Part shown: positions 33,084-42,825 of the stretch, piece by piece | Layout of the letters: every line of letters begins with the position of its first letter | Numbering within the stretch: the first letter of the stretch is position 1 | From: an uncultured Nitrososphaerota archaeon | Lineage (GTDB): Archaea > Thermoproteota > Nitrososphaeria > Nitrososphaerales > CADDZS01 | Length of the DNA: 64,000 bases | Assembly (NCBI GenBank): GCA_963799845.1 | Contig: CAWCYI010000004.1 | Span: 1,792,001 to 1,856,000, forward strand | Direction of reading: 5' to 3' | Translations under genes and position numbers: made by a program | The notes under the pieces: model-generated | Database searches by the model: none | Seen by the model: the letters and a program-made list of their open reading frames with translations, nothing else | Told to the model about the DNA's origin: nothing

Positions 33084-33564
33084 TTGTCAACTCAAAGCAA
33101 AATCTGGTATTTCGCATACGGCTCGAACTTGAACGTTGACCAGATGAAATCCCGCATAGGCGCGTGGCAGCTATCGAGAAGAGCCATCGTCAGAATCTAC
33201 AAACTCGTGTTCAACGTCTTCTCTAAACAACGAGGCGGCTACTCTGCCAACCTGCAGGAGACGAGCAACTTCGAGGACACAGTTTCTGGCGTGGTCTACC
33301 ACATTACGCAGGATCAACTAAACAAGTTGCAAAAATCCGAGGGAGTAGCACCGGTCGAGATCAGAGTCGAGCTGAGAAGACGGGAACGAAATTTCGCACG
33401 CGAAAGTCTTCATCTGGAAGACGACGGAAAAAGAGCACGAGCCCCATAAAGACTACAGACGCATCATCGAACAGGGCTTTTTGCAGCACGGATACCCGGA
33501 TTCCTCGGCGAAGAAAATTTTCGAGCGGTTCAGTAATCCCAAAGCTGAAATCCTGAGCGAGTAA
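33084..33564 (+). CDS. gamma-glutamylcyclotransferase family (+1 frameshift near 33376)
   Basis: YFAYGSNL motif; repaired C-terminus EPHKDYRRIIEQG..QHG. Confidence 0.8.
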
Positions 33565-35097
33565 TTATTCTGGTGGTATCTCGCGAAAAGCGAAAGAAAT
33601 ATCGATTCCTCTTGCCTTCTGCCTGGATTTAGAAATTACATAGATCACTACGCCCGCGAGAAAAGTCGCTGCAATGTATCCGTAGGCAAGAGTGTTCCCT
33701 CCCCAGACCGATCCGTACGCGAAGAACTCGTAAGTGAGGTAGGAAAAAACCAGGATCTGTAGAAGACCTGCAATAAAGAGGACAATTTTTTCACGGCCAC
33801 TGTGCAACTGCCTGAAAGCATAGACCACGGCAGCAAGCCCGACGAATGCAAAATAAATCATTGCAGCCACTACCGCCCCGTATAGAGAAGATATCGTCCC
33901 ATAAAGAAACGAAGCAAGCCCGATCAAGATCACCGTAATGACAAGATCAAGTAAATGCGCAACAACGGGCGACCCGTACTTCGGGCTGACGTAAGCCAGC
34001 CGCTCCGGGAGGAAGCGGTCAAACGCCTGAGCGAGCAGGTATCTCGAGATCGTAATTATTCCAAAGGCAAGGACTGCGACAGTGAAAAGTATCCAGCCCA
34101 GTCCGATGATCAACTTTACCAGATAGCTCCCGGATACCCCCATGGCAAGCGTCCAGAAATTGAACGAGTAGTTGTACACCAGATTGGAATTAGAAAGCGC
34201 TGAATTCGTGAATGCGAATCCTCCCACATAATACATCACCGCAAAGGGAACCGTGAGGAGGATGAAGGCGACGAGAAGCGAAACGGGCGTGCTCCACCTG
34301 ATGGTCTTGCCGCCCTTCAGTTCTGATCCGACCGAGGGTGCCGCATTGAACCACGGATAGCTGAACAGCGCGAAAAATGGCATGATCAAAAGGGTGTTTC
34401 CAAGATTGAAGCCCGTCGATCCCTGGTAGGAATTTGCAATCGAATTGTATGTGGTATTTGTTATGTTAAGTGAAGAAACATAGTTTACAACTCCCTCTCT
34501 CCCCGCGAAGAGAAGCGACGCAACGGATACGACGATAGAAATTATTCCGATAGCCCAGAATATCGAAATAATTCTGAAACCGGAGTTGGGTCTGAAAATG
34601 TTGAGAAGGACTAACAGCGCTACAATGAGCGAACCTATGAGAAACTGGTAGACGGGTGTGGCTCCAGAAGTTGCGAGCTGAACCATGCTTGAATAACCGA
34701 GATTTACACCCACCGAACCAATCGCGAACACGGCGGACAGTGCGATGAGTGCGAGGTACGGCATGGTCTCGAGTGTGATTCCCATAAAGGTCAGAGTGCT
34801 CCCGGCAAAACCTCCGAGGGACCTCGAAACCCAGACGTAATCCCCGCCCGTCCTTGAAATATGCCTCTGCATAATCGTGTAGACGATCATCTGCGGCACG
34901 GCGAACATTGCCGCAATTGCAGATCCGTAAACCAAGTTGACGCCGGTTACAGTTGGGAGGGCCAGCATGGTAAATCCAATCAGAGCGAGAGCCGCACCGA
35001 TCGACATGTAGCTGATGTTTATCGCGATCGAATCCAGAAAGGAAACACTCCTGACAAGACCGGTCGCCTGTCTGACGAAGACCTTGCTTTCTCCCAC
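33565..35097 (-). CDS. APC-family amino acid permease
   Basis: FVRQATGLVR, RTGGDYVW.SR, AFDRFLP; about 12 TM helices. Confidence 0.9.
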   Translation of the reverse strand: MGESKVFVRQATGLVRSVSFLDSIAINISYMSIGAALALIGFTMLALPTVTGVNLVYGSAIAAMFAVPQMIVYTIMQRHISRTGGDYVWVSRSLGGFAGSTLTFMGITLETMPYLALIALSAVFAIGSVGVNLGYSSMVQLATSGATPVYQFLIGSLIVALLVLLNIFRPNSGFRIISIFWAIGIISIVVSVASLLFAGREGVVNYVSSLNITNTTYNSIANSYQGSTGFNLGNTLLIMPFFALFSYPWFNAAPSVGSELKGGKTIRWSTPVSLLVAFILLTVPFAVMYYVGGFAFTNSALSNSNLVYNYSFNFWTLAMGVSGSYLVKLIIGLGWILFTVAVLAFGIITISRYLLAQAFDRFLPERLAYVSPKYGSPVVAHLLDLVITVILIGLASFLYGTISSLYGAVVAAMIYFAFVGLAAVVYAFRQLHSGREKIVLFIAGLLQILVFSYLTYEFFAYGSVWGGNTLAYGYIAATFLAGVVIYVISKSRQKARGIDISFAFREIPPE

Positions 35098-35105
35098 GTT
35101 GAAAA

Positions 35106-35123
35106 TCCGAACACATGTTCGGA
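35106..35123. promoter_or_regulatory. perfect 8-2-8 palindrome, putative operator
   Basis: TCCGAACA-CA-TGTTCGGA between the permease start and an AT-rich TATA-like box in the divergent promoter. Confidence 0.65.
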
Positions 35124-35188
35124 AATCTTACATATTTATGATTGCCCACATGTTGTTGGACTCTCGCAAACCTGATGGGATAATATCA

Positions 35189-36247
35189 ATGGGAAAAGTT
35201 GAGCGCGTTCTTCTGGATCTCATAGAGCGAACCGGAAACGAAGTTTACCAGTCCGACCTCGTGAGGCAGAGCGGTTTTTCGAAAAGCCGCGTTTCCGAAG
35301 TTCTCTCGGCACTTGAAGGAAAGGGACTTGTGTCCAGAGTCCCCCTGGGGAAAAATTTCAGGGTGATCGCTTCCGGCAAAACTAAAATCGGGAGATCAGA
35401 AATTCGTAAAGACAAAAGGAATAGCAAGATTCTGAGACTCGGAATTATACGTGCATCTGAATATCCATTCGTCCTGCCGTTTGAAAGACTGCTCCGAGAA
35501 AAGCTCGACATCAACCTCAGCCTGGTCACTTACAACAACGGAATCGATCTCTCGCGGGATCTGTCACTCCTTCGACTAGATCTTGGTATCGCGCCGGTGC
35601 TGACGCACTTTATGTTTTATTCGATCGGCTCTCCGATCAGGATGATTGCCCCGGCGGGCTCAGGCGGAGCGACAATTCTCGTGAACAATTCTACTAAGAG
35701 AAAAACTAAAGATCAATCTTACGAAGTGGCATCGACGAAACTGTCAACGATGGAGCTGATGCTTCGAGCTTCGATCAGCGACGGGGACTTACCTTCGTCC
35801 TCCAAGATTCAATACTGCAACAGTCCGAAACAGTTGATGAACGCGGCAGTATCCGGAAATGTTGACGCGGCGTGCATCTGGGAGCCCTACTCCACGATTC
35901 TCCTCAAGGACAAGCACCGAAGTTTCAAGAGACTTATCAGGCGTGACGATTCCGAGGAGTACATCTGCTGTGCGCTTGCCGCGGGAAATCACCTCGACAT
36001 CAACACGCTCCGTCGCATAGCCAAAATTTACGATGAATCCATGGATGAATACAGAAAGAGCCCCGAGAAGTTCTTTGCCCCGTACTCGGCGTTCATGGGA
36101 TTCGATGAAAAACTGATGAGGACAGTTGCGAAGGAATACACTTATCCCGCGGAGCTGGATTATCGCAAACTTTCAAAACAGTTTGAACATGCCGGGATCA
36201 AGATACCATTACCATCCAGCGTGAAAGAAGCCGTGCTGTCCGCATAG
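35189..36247 (+). CDS. wHTH transcription regulator fused to a NitT/TauT-type binding-protein domain
   Basis: N-terminal YQSDLVRQSGFSKSRVSEVLSALEGKGLV HTH; C-terminal GNVDAACIWEPY and CC motifs; no signal peptide or TM. Confidence 0.75.
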   Translation: MGKVERVLLDLIERTGNEVYQSDLVRQSGFSKSRVSEVLSALEGKGLVSRVPLGKNFRVIASGKTKIGRSEIRKDKRNSKILRLGIIRASEYPFVLPFERLLREKLDINLSLVTYNNGIDLSRDLSLLRLDLGIAPVLTHFMFYSIGSPIRMIAPAGSGGATILVNNSTKRKTKDQSYEVASTKLSTMELMLRASISDGDLPSSSKIQYCNSPKQLMNAAVSGNVDAACIWEPYSTILLKDKHRSFKRLIRRDDSEEYICCALAAGNHLDINTLRRIAKIYDESMDEYRKSPEKFFAPYSAFMGFDEKLMRTVAKEYTYPAELDYRKLSKQFEHAGIKIPLPSSVKEAVLSA

Positions 36248-36366
36248 TAAAGGAAAAAACACCTGCCTTTACTCAGTGGAAAAAGCCGCAAAGTTGCTCG
36301 ACAACTAAAACGAGCAACGCTTAATTCTAATCCGGACTCGCAACTCATTTTCAGGACGAAAAAGAA

Positions 36367-38118
36367 ATGTCATCCGAGTTTACCGGCGTCAAGTTCATCG
36401 CAGAGTACTTCAAAAAATCAGGCATTAAGCACGTCTTTGGCATTCCTGGTCACGGGAATGCTGCGATCGTTGACGAGCTCATCGATTACTCCTCTGACAT
36501 ACAGTTTGTCCCGATAAAACACGAGCAGTGGGGCGGCCACATGGCCGACGGGTACTTTAGAGCAAACAGGAAAGTGCCGGCAGTTGTAACGACTTCCGTC
36601 GGACCAGGAGCTACAAACCTCGCGACCGCGCTTGCAACAGCTTACGTTGATTCTTCGACCTTCATCGCCCTGACCGGGGAGATTCAGACCTATTTCTTCG
36701 GCATGGGCATCTTTCAGGAGATCGAGCGGCAGAATTCCATTGATTACATCAACGCGATGCGCCACCTCGCAAAGCGAACCTGGCTCGTCTCAAGCATCAA
36801 GCAACTCCCGAGAGTTTTGCAGAACGCGCACAGGGAAGCCCTGAGTGGCAGGCCCGGCCCGGTTTTGATCGACCTACCCATGGAGCTGCAGGTGGAGAAA
36901 ACTAGTGCGAAAGTCCCGGATCCCCCGGTGATTCTTGGACGGCTGTACCCCGACCCGGCAAGCGTCGAGAAAGCTGCGGAACTCTTGCTCTCGGCAGAGC
37001 GACCATTCATCCTCATCGGAGGGGGCGTGGTCATGTCCGACGCGCAGGGCGAGCTCGTGAGGGTCGCCGAATTTCTGGGAGCCCCGGTGGCCGCGACGTT
37101 CAGGGGCGACGCGAAGGGCGGTTTTCCCGAAGACAACGATCTCTACGTGTTCTCCCCGGGAAATGTGGGGAGTCTGGTTGCAAACAGACTTGCAACGGAA
37201 GCGGACGTGATACTCGCGGTCGGGACGACGTTCAGCGACGAGACCACAAGTTCGTACTCTCCGGGCGTGACCTTCAACATCCCTCCAACGAAATTGATTC
37301 ACATGGACATCGATCCGCGAGAGATCGGGAAAAACTACCCGACGGAAGTCGGCATCAATTCCGATGCAAAGGCGGGTCTCTCTTCCCTGTACGACGTTCT
37401 GTCGCAGATGGGAAAGAAAGCAGATTATCACAGGTCCGCCCACTACCAGCGGATAAAGCAGCTAAAGGATCAGTGGTTCCAGGAGATCGATGCCCTGAGG
37501 ACGCAAACTCCCATGGGAATCCCGAACGCGGTCAAGATCTTGCGCGCCGTGCTCCCGAAGAGCGCGATCGTTTCCGTGAGCGCGGGCCTGCCTCAGGAGA
37601 TTATGGCGCAGTTGTGGACGACTTCAGAGCCGAGGACGTTTTTGAGTTCGGGCGGATATTCGACGATGGGGTTTGCCTTCCCGGCGGCGATGGGCGCCAA
37701 GCTCGCCCGACCGGACAGAGTGGCCGTTGCGGTGGAAGGGGACGGCTCGTTCATGATGAACAATGTCGAGCTCCTTACCGCAGTCCAGTTGAAGCTCCCC
37801 GTCGTTGTCGTGATCCTGAACAATTTTGGCTGGATCTCGATCAGAGACCTGCAGATTAGAAATTTTCAGGGCAGAATTGTAGGGACGGATTTCAAGGATC
37901 GAACTGGAAAAGTCAGGACACCGGATTTTGAAATGATCTCGAAAGGGTACGGAGCAGAATATTTCCGCGCGGAGAACCCCGCGGAACTTTCAAAATCGGT
38001 TTCGAGCGCGATTCTATCGGAGGGACCGGCGGTCGTGGAGGCCATCATCGAGAACAAGTTCCCGTACAGCGGATCAAAGTCCTACGGATTCTGGGACCTG
38101 CCGTCGAGAGCCAACTAG
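36367..38118 (+). CDS. thiamine pyrophosphate-dependent enzyme (acetolactate synthase/IolD-like)
   Basis: FGIPGHGN, HEQ, SVGPGATN, GDGSF..N...NN TPP motif. Confidence 0.9.
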   Translation: MSSEFTGVKFIAEYFKKSGIKHVFGIPGHGNAAIVDELIDYSSDIQFVPIKHEQWGGHMADGYFRANRKVPAVVTTSVGPGATNLATALATAYVDSSTFIALTGEIQTYFFGMGIFQEIERQNSIDYINAMRHLAKRTWLVSSIKQLPRVLQNAHREALSGRPGPVLIDLPMELQVEKTSAKVPDPPVILGRLYPDPASVEKAAELLLSAERPFILIGGGVVMSDAQGELVRVAEFLGAPVAATFRGDAKGGFPEDNDLYVFSPGNVGSLVANRLATEADVILAVGTTFSDETTSSYSPGVTFNIPPTKLIHMDIDPREIGKNYPTEVGINSDAKAGLSSLYDVLSQMGKKADYHRSAHYQRIKQLKDQWFQEIDALRTQTPMGIPNAVKILRAVLPKSAIVSVSAGLPQEIMAQLWTTSEPRTFLSSGGYSTMGFAFPAAMGAKLARPDRVAVAVEGDGSFMMNNVELLTAVQLKLPVVVVILNNFGWISIRDLQIRNFQGRIVGTDFKDRTGKVRTPDFEMISKGYGAEYFRAENPAELSKSVSSAILSEGPAVVEAIIENKFPYSGSKSYGFWDLPSRAN

Positions 38119-38157
38119 AGATTTTACAATGTACGACGTAGGGATGGGCTGTTTCAG

Positions 38158-39255
38158 ATGACGAGTAAAGTTGGCACGGCCGTAGTGGGGTTGGGCACGA
38201 TCGGGTCAGTGCACGCCGAGTGGTACGCTCAGATTCCGGAATCTACTCTCGTAGCGGTCTGCGATGCACGTGAAGACGTGTCAAGAAAGATCGCAGCAAA
38301 ACACGGCGTGAAAGGATACACGGATTTTCACGAGCTCATCGAAGACAAGAATGTCGAGGCTCTTACGGTCGCGGTTCCAAACTATCTCCACCATGACGTC
38401 GCGGTCGCTGCTCTAAAAGCTGGAAAGCACGTCGCGGTTGAAAAACCTCTCTGCCTGACACTCGCCGAAGCCGATGAGATGATCAGGGAGGCAAAGAAAG
38501 CAGGAGCCGTGGACATGTATACCGAAAACCTCTGCTTTGCTCCGTCGTACCGCGCGGCAAAGGACATCGTCGACAAGGGAGGGCTCGGAAACCTGTACCT
38601 CTGCAAGGCGTTCGAGTCAGACGACATCGTCCTCGGATCGGAGGCGGAGAAGAACGTTCTCAAGACGAGCTGGTACCTTGACCCGAAGCAGTCTGGAGGA
38701 GGGAAGTTGATCAGCACTGGGGTGCACGCCGTTGAATACGTGAGGTTCATGTTCAATCATCCGCGGGCGTTGAGGGTGCATGCCGAAATCATCGACAGCA
38801 TCGGGGTGCAGAAACCGGAGCGGATGGAGGACATGGCGCTCGTCACGATCAGGTTTGAGGGAAACCGCGTCGGAGAAGTTCACACCGGCGGCTACATGAC
38901 GGGCGGGACGGATGACCGCGCCGAGATTTACGGCGACCAGGGGACCATATTCTTGGACCTCTACAGGCGCAATGAGATAAAGGTGCACAGCCACGTCGGT
39001 TACGGCAGCGTGGGGCAATCGATGTTTCAGCCCTCGGAGGGAGCTGACATTGGTTGGTCGTTTCCGATTCCAGACGAAAAGTACGACCTCGGGTACTACC
39101 ACGAGCAGCGGCACTTTTTGCAGTGCGTGATCGCCGGGAAGAGGCCGAAGGTCAACTTCGACGACGGCCGCGCCACTTTAGAGATAGTGCTCGCGGCTTA
39201 CGCGTCTCATGACCGCGGAGAATCGATAAATCTGCCGCTGCAATCCGTTCAATGA
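38158..39255 (+). CDS. Gfo/Idh/MocA oxidoreductase
   Basis: VGLGTIG, GKHVAVEKP, SGGG.L...GVH motifs. Confidence 0.9.
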   Translation: MTSKVGTAVVGLGTIGSVHAEWYAQIPESTLVAVCDAREDVSRKIAAKHGVKGYTDFHELIEDKNVEALTVAVPNYLHHDVAVAALKAGKHVAVEKPLCLTLAEADEMIREAKKAGAVDMYTENLCFAPSYRAAKDIVDKGGLGNLYLCKAFESDDIVLGSEAEKNVLKTSWYLDPKQSGGGKLISTGVHAVEYVRFMFNHPRALRVHAEIIDSIGVQKPERMEDMALVTIRFEGNRVGEVHTGGYMTGGTDDRAEIYGDQGTIFLDLYRRNEIKVHSHVGYGSVGQSMFQPSEGADIGWSFPIPDEKYDLGYYHEQRHFLQCVIAGKRPKVNFDDGRATLEIVLAAYASHDRGESINLPLQSVQ

Positions 39256-39326
39256 GAAACAAGCTCTCTAAGCTCCGTTCAGCTCGTTTCAAGCTCTTCT
39301 GAGCTTACAGAGCTCGAACGTCAGCT
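39246..39326 (+). repeat. phased AGCT array, copy 2
   Basis: AGCT at 39262, 39271, 39281, 39292, 39302, 39311, 39323; inverted copy of 24329-24397. Confidence 0.9.
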
Positions 39327-39464
39327 CTTCGCTCAAAAAGTGCTCGTGTGTAGAAACGCAGAAAAAAAATTCTATATAAGAATCAATGGAAACTAGTAAT
39401 TAAAGAAAGACTAGAAACACGTCTTTCTTGGCTTCAGGGTATGGAACAAGACCTGACGAATGCT

Positions 39465-41363
39465 TTAGGGCGAAGAGCTTTCGGTCTCCGTAGTAGTCAT
39501 GATTTGTGTAATAGTGGTCCCGCATGCTCCAATGATCGGATTTCCCAAATAGGTTCCGCCGCTCGCACCCAGGAAATTGCTGCCGCAGAAATTGACGACG
39601 GTTCCATTGTTTACAAAATCGCCCGCGTTGATGATGGTGCCGTTGTTGTTTACGATGTCGCGATTCTGGAACTCAGAGCCTGGGAGGTTTTGGAGCGTTC
39701 CATAGTTGTTGATCGTGCTGTTAAAATTCGCGCCGATTACAAAATTCTGGATTACTCCGGAGTTGTTCAAAGAACCGTAATTGTTGAAAATCGCGCCGTT
39801 GCCGAAATTCCCTCCGGCCAGGTAAGCCGTTTGATTGGGATCGCTGGAGTTGGCGGGATAATTTGCATAGTACCCGATGATCTCGAACGCTCCGTAGTTG
39901 TTTACGGTTCCTCCGCTCGGCATGAAGTTAGTGTTGTTATCACTTACAAAAGTAGCGTTTGCCGATATCAGGCCATAATTATCGATGATTCCCTCTTGAC
40001 CAAATGTATTCTTGAGATCAATTGTGCCGTTGTTTATTATCGTGCCATAATTTTCAAACCCGAATCCCGGATTGTCTAGAACGAGCGTGATCCCGGGGAA
40101 TATGTCCAGGATCGTGTTAGGACTCACCAGAAAAGAAGGCGATGTGGTCTCGGACCCCGTGAGCATGCATGTGTTTGCTTCCCACTTTGCCGTGCCGCTG
40201 CCCGGCATGAGGCTCTCGCACGCTGCCGATCCGTTTGAATTGTCAAGTATAATGGAATTTGAAATAGAATTCGAGATGGTCGTTGTCGTGGAAGTAGTTT
40301 GGATATTGTCCCATTCTTGGAACGATAAGTAGAAACCTGTCGTGTTAGTGTACCACAGTATCAGCAGGTTTGCATCCAGATAATTTACGGTGGCGTTTTC
40401 AGGATCGGGAAGAACCCAGCTGTTGTCCGACTCGCACCGGAAGCCGAGGTTCAATGAGCATGGAGGTGTCCACACGAAGGGGACGCTTCCAGAAACGCCA
40501 TCGGGCGTAGTAATGTTGAAGATGAACATGTATTGGCTGCCATTCCCAGACATGATGTGTCCGTTCGGATTGGAAAACTGGATCGTGAAATTCCCGACTA
40601 TTGTTCGCGATGGAATCTTATCGTAAGAAAAAGCTTCGTTGGAGGTTAGAACTGGATTTTGGCTGGAGCTCGTCGTAGAAGTTCCGGAAGTCGTAGTAAT
40701 CCAGCTGGTCGTCCCCGTATGGGAGCTGAAGATCGTCATGTTCACTTCCAGTAATTGCCCGAGAGAAGTACCGTTTATTGAATTCAGCAGCGGCAAGATC
40801 GTGATAATGTAAGACCCGGGGGCTTCCATTACGCTAGTGGGGATCTGGTTAAAATCGATGAATTCTTCGCCTTCAGTTACGTTGACAAGGGCCAGTGCTC
40901 CCGGCACAGCCCAACTCCATACGCCAGTCCCATTCTGGTTCACTACCAGAATCGTGTTAATCGGATGCTGAATCTCAAACTCCTCAGTCCGGTTTGATAG
41001 GTAGGTCAAGGTGGAGTTCAGGTCAACCGTGTTCTGATTCACATATGCGAAAACGGAAAACTCCCAGGTTTTATTCAAAGCATACTCGGAGAGTTGTGAA
41101 TAGGGAATCGACAGAGAAAAATTTTGGGCACTCGGTACGGTCGTTGTGATGGTCGTGTTTTGAGTAAGGTTGGTTGTCGCCGAAGTACTAGACTGGCTGG
41201 AGGTTGAAGATGAGTTCAGACTGGTGATGGTCGAAGAAACTGTGTAGCTTCCCGAATTGGAGGGTATCGAGCTGAGATATATGCCGAGAACTACGGAAAT
41301 AGCTATGATTGGAATCACTCCAATTGCGACCACCTTGCTTGTAATTTTGGCCAAGTGATTCAC
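39465..41363 (-). CDS. membrane-anchored surface protein with Ser/Thr linkers and Asn-Gly (beta-helix-like) repeats
   Basis: N-terminal TM, three S/T tracts, repeated N(Y/N)G.(I/L).N units, many NxS/T sequons. Confidence 0.75.
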   Translation of the reverse strand: MNHLAKITSKVVAIGVIPIIAISVVLGIYLSSIPSNSGSYTVSSTITSLNSSSTSSQSSTSATTNLTQNTTITTTVPSAQNFSLSIPYSQLSEYALNKTWEFSVFAYVNQNTVDLNSTLTYLSNRTEEFEIQHPINTILVVNQNGTGVWSWAVPGALALVNVTEGEEFIDFNQIPTSVMEAPGSYIITILPLLNSINGTSLGQLLEVNMTIFSSHTGTTSWITTTSGTSTTSSSQNPVLTSNEAFSYDKIPSRTIVGNFTIQFSNPNGHIMSGNGSQYMFIFNITTPDGVSGSVPFVWTPPCSLNLGFRCESDNSWVLPDPENATVNYLDANLLILWYTNTTGFYLSFQEWDNIQTTSTTTTISNSISNSIILDNSNGSAACESLMPGSGTAKWEANTCMLTGSETTSPSFLVSPNTILDIFPGITLVLDNPGFGFENYGTIINNGTIDLKNTFGQEGIIDNYGLISANATFVSDNNTNFMPSGGTVNNYGAFEIIGYYANYPANSSDPNQTAYLAGGNFGNGAIFNNYGSLNNSGVIQNFVIGANFNSTINNYGTLQNLPGSEFQNRDIVNNNGTIINAGDFVNNGTVVNFCGSNFLGASGGTYLGNPIIGACGTTITQIMTTTETESSSP

Positions 41364-41520
41364 CAGCGCTTCTTTGAATGGAGAGTAGGGACTGGCGCTA
41401 TTTCATTCTTGAGTGTTCCCCGTCTGTTCTATCGGGCAGAACAACCCGATGAAAATCCTGTTGCCGGCCAACAGCACGACGTCGAAATCAAACGAGAAAA
41501 ACTAGGTGTGTGCGATTTCA

Positions 41521-42015
41521 CTATCGCAGTCCCAGAGCGTCTTTAAGATCTATTTCGTGATCCTGTTCTTGCGCAATGACCTTGCGCAAAGCCTCGGAAA
41601 GCGCAAATTCTCCCGCTGCTTCCGCCTCGCGAATCCTCTCTCTGTAGTTCTTGATTGTGTTCTGCTCGTCTTTCAGATCGATCTCCAGCATCCTCTTTGA
41701 TTCATTTGAAAACTCCGCCTGTTTTGGCGTCACAGTCGGATTTCCTCCAAGGTAGTCGATCTGTCTTGCGACTTCCAGTGCATGTGCCAGTTCTTGGGAA
41801 GCGTGCTGCTTCAACTGGTCCGCGATGTCGTTGTACTCGGCGCCCTTTAGCGCGGAGCTGAAAACCACGTACTGAATTATCGCTTTGTATTCTCTAGCAA
41901 GATCCTCGTTCAATCCCTTGATTATCTGCTGCCGGGCAGCGGAAGAAGTACCTTCGGCGTCTGCTGCGATTGAAGTCTTGTCGCTCACTATTCTTACACG
42001 TTGTCCAATTGGCAT
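41521..42015 (-). CDS. ferritin-like / bacterioferritin family protein
   Basis: LNEDLAREY.AIIQY, E..HA, IDYLGG.P, EQDH diiron motifs. Confidence 0.85.
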   Translation of the reverse strand: MPIGQRVRIVSDKTSIAADAEGTSSAARQQIIKGLNEDLAREYKAIIQYVVFSSALKGAEYNDIADQLKQHASQELAHALEVARQIDYLGGNPTVTPKQAEFSNESKRMLEIDLKDEQNTIKNYRERIREAEAAGEFALSEALRKVIAQEQDHEIDLKDALGLR

Positions 42016-42135
42016 GACACACTAATAAAATTTGAATCGTGGATCTCTCACATTATTGAAATGCCTGCAAGTATATTCGACATACAGTATCCGAAATTGC
42101 TACATTATCGGCATTTTATCTTTTGAGAATACACT

Positions 42136-42519
42136 ATGAAACTCACCGAAAAGGCCGCTGCCATGATCGATAACAAGAATTTTGGAAATCTCGCTTTTGT
42201 TACTCCGAAGGGAAACCCGCACGTCAGCCCGGTCTGGGTAGACCGCGAAGGAGACACGATTTTGATCAACGCCGCGGAGTTCCGCGCCAAGATAAAACTA
42301 TTGAAGGAGAACCAGAAAGTGATGCTGAGCATTACTGAACGCGAAAATCCGTACAGCAAAGTTCTGATCCGAGGTCACGTCGTGAAGATAACAAAGAACG
42401 GAGCTCTCGAGCAAAACGACAGGATGTCGATGAAATATCTCGGAACTCTTGATGACCCTGATCGGCCCGTGGGCGACCGCGTTTTGATCAAGATCCAGCC
42501 GGACTGGATTGGGAACTAG
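42136..42519 (+). CDS. PPOX-class (pyridoxamine 5'-phosphate oxidase-like) oxidoreductase
   Basis: G.PHVSPVWVD, R.K, ENPY..V.IRG, RV.IKI.P. Confidence 0.85.
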   Translation: MKLTEKAAAMIDNKNFGNLAFVTPKGNPHVSPVWVDREGDTILINAAEFRAKIKLLKENQKVMLSITERENPYSKVLIRGHVVKITKNGALEQNDRMSMKYLGTLDDPDRPVGDRVLIKIQPDWIGN

Positions 42520-42825
42520 GATTCTTTACGTCTCCATAGGATTTCAGGTGCAGTGTAGGGTAAATTGTCACCCAGAACAGTAATTCAGAAAGATCGATTC
42601 GCTTCGATTCTGATCTATGAACACTTTCGGAATTATTTGCTATCGACGCTGGATAGTTACACTAGCCAGCTGACAATTTTAGAACTTGATTTTGCAGAAC
42701 TGGAAAACGAAATGAGCTGAGGAATGAACTCGGCTATGCCTCCAATCGCAGACTAGTAGTCTATCATTCCAGACGTCAGGACTTATGTAAGCCCTCAGTC
42801 CAGCCGCGTGTCTTGAAATTAAGAC

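Noticed and set aside
382-33564. At least a dozen otherwise intact genes split by frameshifts (near 550, 4365, 7803, 9125, 10613, 16777, 25633, 28141, 29328, 31883, 33376), suggesting programmed frameshifting or mass pseudogenisation
   Set aside because: Those I traced are all repaired by deleting one base, share no slippery motif, and carry no nonsense substitutions. This fits insertion-biased long-read consensus error. Read mapping would settle it.
35015-35188. N-terminal extension of the 410-aa ORF
   Set aside because: It overlaps the divergent permease start and promoter; the HTH begins at ATG 35189.
39441-40079. Long antisense/alternative-frame ORFs (also 34466..35149, 30008..30763, 36874..37443)
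   Set aside because: Shadows of well-supported genes, with no recognisable motifs.
42660-42735. GAACT/GAGCT recurrences as a third AGCT array
   Set aside because: Only two AGCT sites, irregular spacing, and no alignment to the 69-bp element.
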